From contig CBDAOC010000020.1 in NCBI GenBank assembly GCA_965197925.1, positions 448,001 through 512,000 of the forward strand: 64,000 bases of DNA, read 5' to 3'. This document shows positions 10,814 through 22,296 of this stretch, one piece after another; within the stretch, counting starts at the first letter, position 1; each line of letters starts with the position of its first letter. Under the pieces are notes generated by a model. That model saw only the letters and a list, made by a program, of their open reading frames with translations. It searched no databases and was not told the origin of the DNA. The translations under genes and the position numbers were made by a program. This stretch comes from Nitrososphaerales archaeon. GTDB lineage: Archaea; Thermoproteota; Nitrososphaeria; Nitrososphaerales; UBA213.

Positions 10814-11342
10814 TATCTACACCAGCTACTTCAAACAACACATTCTTTCCGTCCTCTGTAATTGCATAGCTATAAGGCTTATCTGCCATGTCTCTACTAA
10901 CATATCCAAGTTCGAAGAGCTTCTTCATCAATCTTGCTGTATGTTCCCTAGACCTACCTATTACATTTTTAATTTGCCTAGAAGTTCTTGGACCTTCAAT
11001 TAAAATTTTGAGCACATACTCTACTAATCCTTTACCCTCCTGTTCTAAATTTCTTCTCATCATCTTTGGCATGTGATTAGAAGTATTACCATCACACTCA
11101 TCACGAATTTCATATGATGACCGTGATGAGCCATAACCAGACGACCGCAACTCTAAAAGATCAAGTTTAATACGAACGTCTGTCATAAAATCTTCATATC
11201 TGCCTAACCTTTCATCTAAACTTGTAAGAGAAAACAATGCTGAGCCCCTATATTTGTAGAATAACATTACGCTTGCCAAGCCTGTGATGTATACTATCAC
11301 AAACATCAATACACTCTCAAGCTCAACTAACATCACAATCAC
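10803..11342 (-). CDS. Membrane-anchored winged-helix protein
   Basis: Hydrophobic N-terminal helix, coiled segment, C-terminal GPRTSRQIKNVIGRSREHTARLMKKLFELGYVSR..PYSYAITEDG. Confidence 0.75.
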   Translation of the reverse strand: MIVMLVELESVLMFVIVYITGLASVMLFYKYRGSALFSLTSLDERLGRYEDFMTDVRIKLDLLELRSSGYGSSRSSYEIRDECDGNTSNHMPKMMRRNLEQEGKGLVEYVLKILIEGPRTSRQIKNVIGRSREHTARLMKKLFELGYVSRDMADKPYSYAITEDGKNVLFEVAGVDTNA

Positions 11343-11425
11343 AAAACCTCTACTAATATATCACCATAGAGGATAATGTTCGTTGATAATTTACTCGTAT
11401 AACGCTTGGTTCTCATAGGAACACC

Positions 11426-11785
11426 TCACACTTTTGACAACCTTTTGACTAATTCATCCATCACATCAATCACATCACGCGCTGATCCTTCGTCAACATC
11501 ACTTTCTTTTGTCACGTTTATCTGTTGAGCCACCCGTTTAATAACCTCCTTCGTATTAATATCCCATAAGCCTATTAATTCAATTAACACAAGGCTATAG
11601 ATGACAGCTCTGATCTTTGCTCTACTCTGCTTCAATAGTCTATAATAAGCCCCTTTGCTCCTCCCGCGTACACTTAACTCTCCCTTAAGCCTCTTACAAA
11701 TTATGTCTAATTGACTGTGTGTTATTAAAGAATTTTCAATTATGAATTGCAATATATCAGTATTTTTTATTCCACCACTATCCAT
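11426..11785 (-). CDS. Hypothetical protein, helical and possibly HTH-like
   Basis: Intact 119-aa ORF co-oriented with the wHTH gene; RSKGAYYRLLKQSR. Confidence 0.65.
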   Translation of the reverse strand: MDSGGIKNTDILQFIIENSLITHSQLDIICKRLKGELSVRGRSKGAYYRLLKQSRAKIRAVIYSLVLIELIGLWDINTKEVIKRVAQQINVTKESDVDEGSARDVIDVMDELVKRLSKV

Positions 11786-11855
11786 TTAGTCTACCATATT
11801 TGTATAGCTCATATAGACAATAAAGATATATCTTAAAGGGAATTCAAATTCCACA

Positions 11856-12602
11856 ATGGGACCTATAGAGAAGAAGCTCTGCCGACAAGCTAAAACTAAC
11901 ACATTGTGCTTTGTGCTAATTGATTCTGAATCACTCTCAATCAGCAGGGCGTGCAGTATGGCAGAAAAAGCGGAGAATGCAGGTGCCGCTGCTATACTTG
12001 TTGGCGGCTCTTCAACAATGGATCAGATAGAGCTAAACAGTGTAGTTACATCGGTAAAAAAAACCGTTAGTATCCCGGTCATACTCTTTCCAGGAAACGT
12101 TACAGGAATATCGTCTTATGCAGACGCAATACTTTTCAGCTCTTTATTAAATTCTGATAATACATACTTTATAACCCAGGCCCAAGCCCTTGGTGCAGTC
12201 GCCGTAAAAAAACACAATATCGAGGCAATACCCATGGCCTATATCATAATAGGAGAGGGAAGTTCAGTCTGGTTTGTAGGCAGAGCAAGGGGAATACCTT
12301 TCGATAAACCGAAACTAGCGGTAATGTACGCTCTTGCCGCTCAATATATGGGCATGAGATCTCTATATTTAGAGGCTGGTTCGGGCGCATCGTCTCATGT
12401 AAGTCCTCAGATGGTTAATGCCGTAAGGCAAAACTATGATGGATTGCTCATAGTTGGAGGAGGTATAAGGGAAGTGAAAACAGCTAGAGACCTGGCAAAA
12501 GCGGGTGCAGATGTGATAGTAATAGGAACGATATTTGAGAAAAGGGGCTCCGAAAAATTATTGAGAGATATAGCAAATGCCACCAAGTCTGTTAAAAAAT
12601 AA
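11856..12602 (+). CDS. Geranylgeranylglyceryl phosphate synthase
   Basis: LVGGS, ILFPG, SLLNS, YLEAGSGA, IVGGGIR. Confidence 0.95.
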   Translation: MGPIEKKLCRQAKTNTLCFVLIDSESLSISRACSMAEKAENAGAAAILVGGSSTMDQIELNSVVTSVKKTVSIPVILFPGNVTGISSYADAILFSSLLNSDNTYFITQAQALGAVAVKKHNIEAIPMAYIIIGEGSSVWFVGRARGIPFDKPKLAVMYALAAQYMGMRSLYLEAGSGASSHVSPQMVNAVRQNYDGLLIVGGGIREVKTARDLAKAGADVIVIGTIFEKRGSEKLLRDIANATKSVKK

Positions 12603-13068
12603 TTTGATTGTATTCTAAATATTAAGAGCTGTTTGGTGTGTGGCATTTTCCAGCTTATCTAGCTAATCATTACTTTCGCCTCAATCACCCCCCATTAGAG
12701 GGATAATATATCGAATGTTGATGCCCTACTCCATATCTTTACAGTCGAGATAATTCCGTTCAAATATCATTTTAAATCATTTTAAATACCAATTTAAAGC
12801 AAATAGAATATCATCTTAATTTATAATCTGAAATAATCAATAACTTCCCTCATGAATTTGTTACCATAATTGCAACACATCTATTACAGGGAGAATAAAC
12901 TAGGTTTAGTTCAATACTTGATTCGTATGTTTTACTTTATAGATCATGGTGCAATACTAAATTTAATGATACTAACTACTAACCAACAGAAGTATTACCA
13001 CATTAATGGAGCTCTCGATTGACTGCCAATTCTTATTAACTACTATTTCTTCACAAAGATAGTTTAAA

Positions 13069-13251
13069 ATGCGCTGCCTCATATGTGGAGCCCCATTTGC
13101 CTTTGACAAGGGAAAGGGTATAAGTTACAGGAACAAGCCGATCTGTGATGAATGTCTACTGAGCTTGATGATGGTATGCTTGGATAAGCATAAGGAAGGA
13201 GTCAAGAGGTATATTAAACAAGAGATAAAGCTAGAACACTACAGCGATTGA
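13069..13251 (+). CDS. Small zinc-finger protein
   Basis: CLICG...ICDEC in a 60-aa ORF. Confidence 0.55.
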   Translation: MRCLICGAPFAFDKGKGISYRNKPICDECLLSLMMVCLDKHKEGVKRYIKQEIKLEHYSD

Positions 13252-14571
13252 TTATTTAACTAGATGAATATAGTCGTGTGCCCCAATACCCCCGTCAAAA
13301 GCATAATGTACCTTTTGGAACGATTGTCGAAATTCAGCAACATCATTGCTCACCTTACTTACCTCTTCTCCGCAAATAACAACACGCTTCATCAAGGAAG
13401 CTATCTCACTGACCTCACTTTCCTTCATTCCCAACCGTGTTATCTCTGAAGTGCCTAACCTTATACCACCAGGGTGCATGTAATGCCTTCTTGCCTTTAT
13501 GTCGCCAGGCAATAACTGCCTATTGCATATAACACCAGCTTTTTCTAAACTCTGCTCTATAGTACCACCATCACCATATTTGCTTACATCAACCACAATC
13601 TGATGTGATTTCGTAAACCCATTCTTTTCCCCTAGTATATCGAAACCGCTATTGTAAAGGGCTTGAGCAAGCGCCTTGGCATTTTTTATGACTTGCCAAG
13701 CATATTCTCTCCCGAATTCCAACATCTCAGCAAGCGCAATCGCCTTTCCTGCTACATGATGTAAGTGATGATTGCTAGTGTTACCCGGAAATGTCGCCTT
13801 CTTTATTGCTTCCCCATATTGTTCAAAACCAAGAATCATTCCTCCTTGAGGACCGAACAATGTTTTGTGCGTACTCATAGTCATCACTTCTGCTCCCTCT
13901 CTTAATGGATCCTGAAAATGCTTTCCAGCTATCAACCCAGCTACATGTGCAGCATCGTAGCAGATAAAAATGCCATTACTTTTCAGATAATCCGCCAGCT
14001 CTCCTATAGGATGCGGGAAGAGGAATAAACTTGCCCCGAACATCACAATTGTAGGTTTTTTTTGAGCTCCCATCAAACTTTCTATCTTTTTTTTGCTTGC
14101 ATCTACGTCAATATTCATCTCTTCCTTGTCAAACGCAAATGTCTCTACCGATAAACCCCTCACGAAACCAGCTGTACCAGCATTCTCTCTTTTACCATGT
14201 GAAATATGTCCTCCACTTGGGATTGATAACGCTAACATTGTATCAGAAGGTTGCGCGAACGCAGAATAAATTGCAAGATTGGCACACACACCTGAAACTG
14301 GTCTCACATCAGCAAACTCTGCTTCAAACAACCGTTTTGCAAGATCCATGCAAATCAATTCTACCTTGTCGATGTATATGCACCCTGCATACACTCTTTC
14401 GCCAGGCCAGCCCTCCGCATACCTGTTGCCAAAATCACTCAACATTGTTTCCCTGACGGCCGGGCTTGGGACATTTTCGCTAGCAACAAGAGGTATTGAC
14501 CGCTTGAACCAGTTATGGTGGTCCTCGATAAATTTACGCACATCTCGGTAAGAATCCTGTGCGTTACCCAT
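13252..14571 (-). CDS. glyA: Serine hydroxymethyltransferase
   Basis: LVASEN, RYAEG, DAAHVAGLIA, STHKTLFGPQGG, GIRLGT. Confidence 0.97.
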   Translation of the reverse strand: MGNAQDSYRDVRKFIEDHHNWFKRSIPLVASENVPSPAVRETMLSDFGNRYAEGWPGERVYAGCIYIDKVELICMDLAKRLFEAEFADVRPVSGVCANLAIYSAFAQPSDTMLALSIPSGGHISHGKRENAGTAGFVRGLSVETFAFDKEEMNIDVDASKKKIESLMGAQKKPTIVMFGASLFLFPHPIGELADYLKSNGIFICYDAAHVAGLIAGKHFQDPLREGAEVMTMSTHKTLFGPQGGMILGFEQYGEAIKKATFPGNTSNHHLHHVAGKAIALAEMLEFGREYAWQVIKNAKALAQALYNSGFDILGEKNGFTKSHQIVVDVSKYGDGGTIEQSLEKAGVICNRQLLPGDIKARRHYMHPGGIRLGTSEITRLGMKESEVSEIASLMKRVVICGEEVSKVSNDVAEFRQSFQKVHYAFDGGIGAHDYIHLVK

Positions 14572-14828
14572 ACAACCTATGATAAGTGCCTTAATTTAAA
14601 ATATCTCCTCAATTCTGTAACTATAATTCAGTAATACAAACAGGTAAAGATTCATTGTAGGTAATTTATGGAAGATAAAAAGATATTATTTTGGTAGAGC
14701 CAGGGATTATAAGGTCTTGCATGACCCATTGACCTTAAAAGTAACTTGTTAAATCCGTAGTAATAAATCATTACCTAGAACCCATTTTTGGGTGCAGTGA
14801 TTGTGGATAGCTAATAATCGAATGTGAT

Positions 14829-15127
14829 GGGCTCTGTAGAAACCATAGATTTTATCCTGTTGTCACGGAATTTCACCATAAGAACAATGTATCACATGTG
14901 ACTCCTGCCTAATCATGAAATAGTCAAAGTCTGTCAAACTTGCTAGAACGAAGTTTCATGTTTTGTAAAGGGCTAGAGTAACACTCAACATACATGAGAA
15001 GAACAATCATATCCACACTGTATGACAGCAAACGATCCCTCTAATATTCACGCAGTATGAAGGGAAAGAGCTATAGGAGGTTTGTGGAATGGTTGCATAA
15101 GCATACTGCCTGAGAATGTTCCTCCAG
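14829..15127 (+). mobile_element. Degenerate IS5-like remnant, family D
   Basis: Left end GGCTCTGTAGAAACCATAGATTTT plus decayed coding sequence (QYEGKSYRRFVEWL-like) homologous to 35153-35617. Confidence 0.65.
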
Positions 15128-15167
15128 TTAGATATAATCAAAAAAGGTAAGATCTAATCATACCATA

Positions 15168-15383
15168 CTATTTTCGTTCAAGTTCAGACTTTACCACTTC
15201 TTTTACCCACAAACCCGTTTCATTAGCCTTTAACAGCTTTCTTAAATATTGATTCCAGGTAAGTTTGCCATAAGCGTAACACCAATTATCATAATTTTGC
15301 TTCAACACTTGATGTGCCAATAGATGGTATTTGCAAAAATCTTTGGACTCTACATTTCTATTACAAACTTGACATATTACCAT
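15168..15383 (-). CDS. Small Cys/His protein (CQVC..FCKYH)
   Basis: Intact 71-aa ORF. Confidence 0.65.
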   Translation of the reverse strand: MVICQVCNRNVESKDFCKYHLLAHQVLKQNYDNWCYAYGKLTWNQYLRKLLKANETGLWVKEVVKSELERK

Positions 15384-15581
15384 GGAACGTATAGATTATA
15401 ATAAAATCAATTTAGTAAATCTTGTGTTTGTGAATAACATCTATGTTTAGTAGATTTGGAGTACAATAAAACTACTTTTTGAGTCTGGTAGTTACTAATA
15501 ACCAAGTAAGCGAATGACTTTTTTCATTATCTACATTAATGACCTCAAATTATATTAATAGATCTTTTACTAATTAAGTGC

Positions 15582-15911
15582 GTGCAACTGAGCAGGGCAG
15601 TTTCGATAGTTAGCATAATATACTTAATATTGATATTTGCATTGGCATCTGGGTTGATGCATGCGCTAATAGAAGGAGGCAGCTCACAACAACAATTTCT
15701 GTTAATTCCAGATAGATCAACACAGACACTCACGGAGGCTGTGTTAAGCACAATGATCTTTTTCTTTGGATTAGCAGGAGTTTACTTCATACACACTTCG
15801 ACCAAACCACAAATGGCAAAGACACAGAAGACATTTTTTATTGCGGGCTTCGCAATAATGGCAATTGCTCTCCTGGCAGGCTTCTTGATACTCCAATTCA
15901 AGGTGTCATAG
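15582..15911 (+). CDS. Small 3-TM membrane protein
   Basis: Three hydrophobic helices; QTLTE loop. Confidence 0.7.
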   Translation: MQLSRAVSIVSIIYLILIFALASGLMHALIEGGSSQQQFLLIPDRSTQTLTEAVLSTMIFFFGLAGVYFIHTSTKPQMAKTQKTFFIAGFAIMAIALLAGFLILQFKVS

Positions 15912-16105
15912 GCCAGTTGGTTTACTTTTAATAACAATTTCCGAGTAGTTCTCAATTCTCTTATAATCAAATAATCATAATACATAATTCACAATTTAAT
16001 TGGGCTACTTTTAACATTGTCGTTAGATTCTATATAGGTTGTTCAAAAACCGATTTGGTCGAGACTCTTAAATGGCATACCCTCTAGCTTTAAGGGGATA
16101 TAATT

Positions 16106-17272
16106 ATGGATATTGACATCAACCTGTTGAGGCAAGATTTTCCAATTATGAATAAAGTAGCATACATGAATAATGCCTCATACACTCCAATGCCATCCCA
16201 TACCATCAAGGCAATGACAGACTTTTTAGTGGAATGTTCTACCTACGGACCAGATTCAACCATAATTATGAATAATTTAGAGAGAAAAACAAAAGAATTT
16301 CGGAACGAGATATCCAAATTGCTCAACTGTAACGCCAGTGAGGCGGTATTAACACAAAGTACCACTGAAGGGCTTAATTTTGTTGCCAATGGTTTAGAAT
16401 GGAAGGAGGGAGACACTGTAATCATAAGGGATGGTAATCATGAACATCCTGCAAACTATATACCTTGGATTTTATTGAAAAAGAAAGGCGTTAACATAAA
16501 GGAATTGAAAATTAATCACGATGGCTTCTTTAATATAAAAGACCTTGAGGAAGCAATAGATAATGAAAGAAACCCGAGACTTGTAGTTGTCAGCCACGCA
16601 TTATTCAACACTGGCTCAATTCTCCCGGTAGAAGAGATAGGAAATATAACTGCAAAAAAGAAAATCATGTTTTGCCTCGATGCAGCTCAGACTATTGGAT
16701 GTCTGCCTTTTGATGTTAGGAAGATCAGATGCGACTTTGCAGCGTTTCCAGGCTCCAAGTGGCTATGCGGTCCACTAGGTAGCGGAGTATTCTATTGTAA
16801 CAAGAAGGCATCTGAAAAGCTCTCTCCCCTGAGGAGCGGAGGAGAGTCGACCTTCATACTTGATGATGATAGGATAATCTACAGAGACATGCCTGCTAGA
16901 ATGGAGGCAGGTTTCAGAAATTGGGTGGGAATGGTTGGGCTGATGGCTTCCATACGTTACATCACGAGTTTGGGTATAAAGAATATAAGGAAAATGAACA
17001 TGAACTTATCTAGCATATTGACAGATGAGCTGAAAAAGATGAGACATGTCAATATCTTTGGACCGGAGAAAGAAAAAGACCGTACTAGCATAGTATCGTT
17101 TAATGTAAGAAAAGTACAAGCTGGAGATGTTGTTCACAAATTGGAAAAGAATGGAATTATATTTGCCAAAAGGGATTTATCGAAAAAAACTATAGTCAGA
17201 GCATCTCCACACTTTTTCAACCAAGAGAGGGAAATTAAAAGGGCATTGGAAGTTATCAAGAGCTTAGAGTGA
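16106..17272 (+). CDS. Class V PLP aminotransferase (cysteine desulfurase-like fold)
   Basis: YMNNAS, STTEGLN, EHPAN, DAAQ, SKWLCGPLG, RASPHFFN. Confidence 0.88.
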   Translation: MDIDINLLRQDFPIMNKVAYMNNASYTPMPSHTIKAMTDFLVECSTYGPDSTIIMNNLERKTKEFRNEISKLLNCNASEAVLTQSTTEGLNFVANGLEWKEGDTVIIRDGNHEHPANYIPWILLKKKGVNIKELKINHDGFFNIKDLEEAIDNERNPRLVVVSHALFNTGSILPVEEIGNITAKKKIMFCLDAAQTIGCLPFDVRKIRCDFAAFPGSKWLCGPLGSGVFYCNKKASEKLSPLRSGGESTFILDDDRIIYRDMPARMEAGFRNWVGMVGLMASIRYITSLGIKNIRKMNMNLSSILTDELKKMRHVNIFGPEKEKDRTSIVSFNVRKVQAGDVVHKLEKNGIIFAKRDLSKKTIVRASPHFFNQEREIKRALEVIKSLE

Positions 17273-17282
17273 TTTGGTTTAC

Positions 17283-17516
17283 TTAACCCTCTATAACTAA
17301 CATAGTCAATGTTGATCTAACTTTTCCTATCTTTCGGAGCTTCCACGTAATAGTTTCCCTCAGCTTATCCATCGAATCTGCCTGAAGTCTCACTATAATG
17401 TCATATACTCCATAAACACCACTGACCTCAACCACATTTGGTAGCTTTTTTATTTCGTTTATTATCCCTTCTTCAGAGCCTAGGTCACAGTTTATCAAGA
17501 CGTACGCCGTGGGCAT
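17283..17516 (-). CDS. Stand-alone Lrp/AsnC ligand-binding domain protein
   Basis: AYVLINC..G.E...VYGVYDIIV...LRKI..VRSTLT. Confidence 0.9.
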   Translation of the reverse strand: MPTAYVLINCDLGSEEGIINEIKKLPNVVEVSGVYGVYDIIVRLQADSMDKLRETITWKLRKIGKVRSTLTMLVIEG

Positions 17517-17620
17517 GATTCTATGGATGACAGTTCTATATTTAACTTCTTCCTCCGTTGCTACATTATCTTATCTTATATGTTTAATGAAAGTTATTGA
17601 TTTAATGCAAACAATACGGT

Positions 17621-18489
17621 CAACTCATCTCAAAACTAACCATTTAGACAATTTTTAGCGGCCATTTAGATCTATGAATAGCGACATCTAAAATTATTTT
17701 ATGAAATTCCAAGAATTATCAGACAAACAGTGGAGTATGATGGAATCACACATACCACCACATGCAAAAACTGGCAGGCCTAGGGATGATGATAGAAAAA
17801 TCATTAACGGAATAATCCATGTTCTAACTACTGGATGCCGATGGGACGATATGCCAAAAAGATATGGTGATGATTCTACTGCAAACAGAAGGTTAAACAA
17901 ATGGCAACAAAAAGGAATCTGGAAAAAGATTCTATCACGTACTATTCACTCAGCACATAAATCTGGCAAAATTAGTCTACAAATATCAGTTGACTCCATC
18001 CATTCCTAATAAAAAAGGGGCAATGTAACTGGATATAATGGATTCAAGAGAATAACAGGTACAAAAATACATGCCGCAGTAGAGAGTAACGGATTTCCAA
18101 TATCCATACTGTTGAGTCCAGCAAATGAACATGACAGTACAAAATGCATGGATGTTACAGGATCAATTTCAGACTATCTTGATGATGATTCAATACAACA
18201 GATAGAATCAGTTTATGCAGACAAAATGATGCAAAATACATCAGAATGTATTTGTGGGATAGAAATATTGCATGTTGCATCCCATACAAAATAAATTCCA
18301 AGTTCATCTTGCAAAATAACGATTACAAACATTACAGCAAGACAAGATTTGTAGTTGAGAGATTCCTTGCATGGCTCAAGAATGGATTTCACAGAACAAG
18401 AATCAGATATGAAAGAACGGCAGAAAACTACCTGGCATTTGTTAATCTCGCATCATTTTTGATGTATTGTAGGGTTTTGAGATGAGTTG
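17621..18489 (+). mobile_element. IS5-family element, family C copy 1 (defective)
   Basis: Perfect TIR CAACTCATCTCAAAAC / GTTTTGAGATGAGTTG; VLTTGCRWDDMP, GTKIH and RFVVER lie in different frames. Confidence 0.92.
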
Positions 18490-19387
18490 GATATCTCCAG
18501 TTCCAATTCTTTTATCATATCTTTTGTCGAGTCATAATATGTTCTCCAAACATTCTCTTGAATGATGAGAACACGGATTCCATAATCAATCACTGTCCAT
18601 AGATTACGTTATCCTTCCAGTAATTGTAATTGGTCAGCTGCGATATCACAGATATCTTTCTTGGATAACAGCCTCTTGCCTTACCAGTTGAATTCTTTCC
18701 CAATGTAGTACTGGAATTATTCCCTTGTGATACAGACATGAGAAATTATTCTTGGAATCATATGCGCCGTCTTCCAGTACCTTTGTAATCTTGGACTTAT
18801 TGGCAGCTTGTTCCGCAAGAGAAGATTTTGGGCATCATGAGATGCTCATCTGTACTTTTGTACGATATCATCTTCTTGGATTTGATGCCAGCACCCACAT
18901 GTATCTTGAGAAATCCTCCTCTTGCTTTCCATTTATGTCTCATCTACTCTCCATGGTTAGCTATGATATCTGTAGAATCAATGGTAATGACAATATCCCT
19001 TCCTATATTTGGATTGACCTTGATGTCCAGTTTATTGATTCTACGGTTGATGGAGCTGTAGTTTGTTACCTTGGGAATACGTTTGGAATAATGTGCCTGC
19101 ACCATTCCTTGGGTTTATCTGTATGGCAATCCAAAATATGCACGTGTGTATTCCAGTAATTTCATGAAGGATTCTAGATATTGGTATTGTCTTCCTTCCT
19201 TTCCCTTGTTCATCTTATCTAGTTTTGTCTTCCAGGAATCTATCACGTCAAATGATATGATAATCTCACCTCTTCTTACTAGCGAATGATTGTATGTTTT
19301 CCAATTCATGAAATGACAGAAAATGTTATGATCTAAAGCTGGATTGGTAGAACAATCTAGATCAATTGGTTAATTAGGCAACAAGGC
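18490..19387 (-). mobile_element. IS5-family (IS903-like) remnant, truncated at the family C insertion
   Basis: MNWKTYNHSLVRRGEI..GKEGRQYQY..FGLPYR start; decayed downstream DDE (DSTDIK, LEDGAYDSK); end GCCTTGTTGC at 19378-19387. Confidence 0.75.
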
Positions 19388-19481
19388 AAAATTCTGAATT
19401 AATCTACTAAAATACACCATGAAAACTCTTATGTAAGTTGAAAACCATAATTTTAACAAAAATTTTCCATATTTACTTATT

Positions 19482-20967
19482 ATGTTCGAGTTTTCAAATA
19501 ACGGATTTTCAAATAACGGAATGAATAACAAAAAACTGGGTTCGATAGTGATGGGTTTAGTTTTAGTTCTGTCATTGACTTCTATTTCCAAGCCTTCAGA
19601 AGCGGGTGTTTTCTCCTTCGAAGAAGGAGATCTTGTTGTAGGTGTGGCAAGTGGATTATTCAACGTGTATGACCAAACTGGATTCCTTAAATTAAGCATC
19701 GACTGCGGCGATGGTTTTACTACTGGTGGAGCGTTTGATGATGATGGCAATTTTTATGGGACCATGTTTACCAGCTCTACTTTGTGCAAAGTTGATACAG
19801 ATGGCGTAGTTCTAGATAGTTCCTTCGGAGGTCCATATAGTTCTCAACCCGAGTCAATAGTGTTTGATGGAGCAGGTAATTACTATGTAGGACACGCTAC
19901 AGGTGATCGGGATATTAAGATGTATGATGCTGACGGAAACTTTACTGAGTCGTTTGATGTAGCTACTGAAAGAATTAGCTCAGACTGGATTGACTTGGAT
20001 ACCGATCAATGCACAATGTACTACACCTCGGAAGGATTCCTTGTGATGAGGTATGATGTATGTGATGATACACAGTTAGCAGATTTTGCGACCCTTGACC
20101 ACACAGATGCTTTTGCCCTACGTCTACTCCCTGGAGGAGAACTGCTGGTTGCCGATAGTGTTGATATACACAGACTGGCTGTTAATAGTAGCATAATTAA
20201 GACATATGATGCGGATGGAGAGAACCGCTGGTTTTCCTTGAACCTTGATCCCGACGGGACATCGTTCTGGAGTGGGGACTTTATTACATCAAACATTTAC
20301 AAGTTTGACATAGAAAGCGGAGATGAACTTACAGACTTCAACACTGGAACAGGCACCAACACAGTATTCGGAATTACTATTGCGGGCGAAATTACTGTAG
20401 CAAGAGAGATCTGTGGTGACGGGATTGACAATGACAAAGACGGTGAAATTGACGAGGGTTGTGACGTAGGAGGAGATGTCAACTGTAACTTGTTAGAACC
20501 AACAATCGTAGGTACTAGTGGCAATGACATTATAAATGGAACTAGTGCGGCTGACATAATTCATGGATTGGGAGGTAACGACACTACGTGGCTTTGGTGG
20601 TGACGACACAATCTGCGGTGGAGATGGAGATGATAAATTATTTGGCGGTGATGGTAACGATAAAGCAATTGGTGGACAGGGAAACGACTTCATAAGCTTG
20701 GGTAAAGGAGACGACATAGCATTTGGAAATGAAGACAGGGATAGGATATTCGGTGGTGTAGGTAATGATAACCTAGGCGGTGGTGAAGGTGATGACAGTT
20801 TATTTGGGCAGGATGGCGATGACAACCTATCAGGTGGTGAAGGCCGGGACTTTCTAAGTAGCGGAGAGAATGATGCGAGAGGAGACTTCTGTGCAGACGG
20901 TGAAATAACGATACTATGCGAAGCTACCAATGGACCAATTTCACTTACTAGTCCAGCTAGCAATTAG
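19482..20967 (+). pseudogene. Secreted beta-propeller protein with CGDGIDND metal-binding motif and RTX repeats; one frameshift near 20585
   Basis: Signal peptide, propeller repeats, ICGDGIDNDKDGEIDEGC, GGDGND repeats continuing in another frame (20563-20967). Confidence 0.8.
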
Positions 20968-22098
20968 GAAACCCTAATCTAAACATACAAGCACAAAACT
21001 CTCTTTCTTTTTTGTTTTTTTCCTAATTTAGACACGGTCATCCAAAATAATTCTACATTTTCCATGAGCTAGAGATATGAAATATATGGGAATTCAATGC
21101 CTCATAATTTGGGGTCCGGATTCATCCTTGTATAGAGTATTGTCTATACCGAGCATACGGCCCCCCGAGCTCAGGTGGGTCTGGATCCCTTTTATAAAAA
21201 TTATTTTAACTTAGTTTTGTTAGTTGCCAAAGAAATGAAGTATGTGAAGGAATTTGTAACTGAAGAAGAAAGATACTTTTCTAAATCCCACGAGAGGAAA
21301 GAGCTGCCTATGGGTGTGGTATTCTATCCTAACGGCTACAAGGAATGGATGCAAGGAAAGGCAAGTGGAGAATGCGCTATTATGAAGCTTCACCATTTAT
21401 GCAAGTAGTATTATTGTGAGTATAGGTGTCATAAAACAAGAGTAACTATTGATGACAAGCTGAAGGATGGAGCTTATAGCTAGTGATAAGCAATGCCAGC
21501 TGGAACTGCATAAGTTGTTATCATACAAACTTCTCTGTCAACCTACAACAAAAGAAAATGAAGAGATGTGTTCTCCCTTATGTACTTGCTTAGGAAATTG
21601 TCTAGCGTTGGGCATGCCCAAAAAAACCAAGATTAGATCCACACTGAAAGTGAATGCGCTATTCTCCTATGAGGCTCTAATTGTGCTTTCCGCACGTGTA
21701 GCTTGTCGCGTAAAGGCCAACAATTGGAAAGGGAGGATGTATTAACCTATTTGGAGTGGAGGATACGGAGAGACTTCGGTGGTCCTCATGATACTAGAGG
21801 AGGCTTTTCAGAATGGAGAGATATTGGTGAATTGTGAAGCTAACTATTAACCGTGAAAAACAAAGCCTACTTTTTATTAGACAATTAATGGTAATCTTTA
21901 ACGTCGGTTATGATATAAGTAAGATAAAAGAGAATAATAATGTCAAGGCAATGAAGATACCAATCTAAAGAAATACAATTAATAGTTATTTTTTATTTTA
22001 CAAAGTCATACTAAATTTTAAATTAGGTCGAACAATTTGAAGTGTTGTCTGCGTGTTATACCAATGAACATCGAAAAATTGTTGTAATACGTAGCAGT

Positions 22099-22170
22099 GG
22101 CCTTCGTAGTATAGCGGCAGTATAGGGGACTGTGGATCCCTTGGCCGGGGTTCGATTCCCCGCGGAGGCC
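22099..22170 (+). tRNA. tRNA-His(GTG), intronless, with encoded G-1
   Basis: G-GCCTTCG...GGGGA CTGTGGA TCCCT...CGGGG TTCGATT CCCCG CGGAGGC C. Confidence 0.93.
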
Positions 22171-22175
22171 CTCCC

Positions 22176-22296
22176 CCATGGGGTTGGACTCCCTCTAAGA
22201 TCACTTTGCCGTTTGGTAACGCTCCGATAAACTTCCAACCTTGCACGATAAGTTCTTCTGTCTCTTCGTTCGTTGCTACTCTCTGAATTAGGTATT
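22176..22296 (-). pseudogene. C-terminal tail remnant of an archaeal tyrosine integrase
   Basis: QRVATNEETEELIVQGWKFIGALPNGKVILE resembles the tail of archaeal tRNA-targeting integrases; abuts the tRNA-His 3' end. Confidence 0.55.

Noticed and set aside
21175..21745. Two short ORFs
   Set aside because: No recognisable motif; cannot be supported as genes
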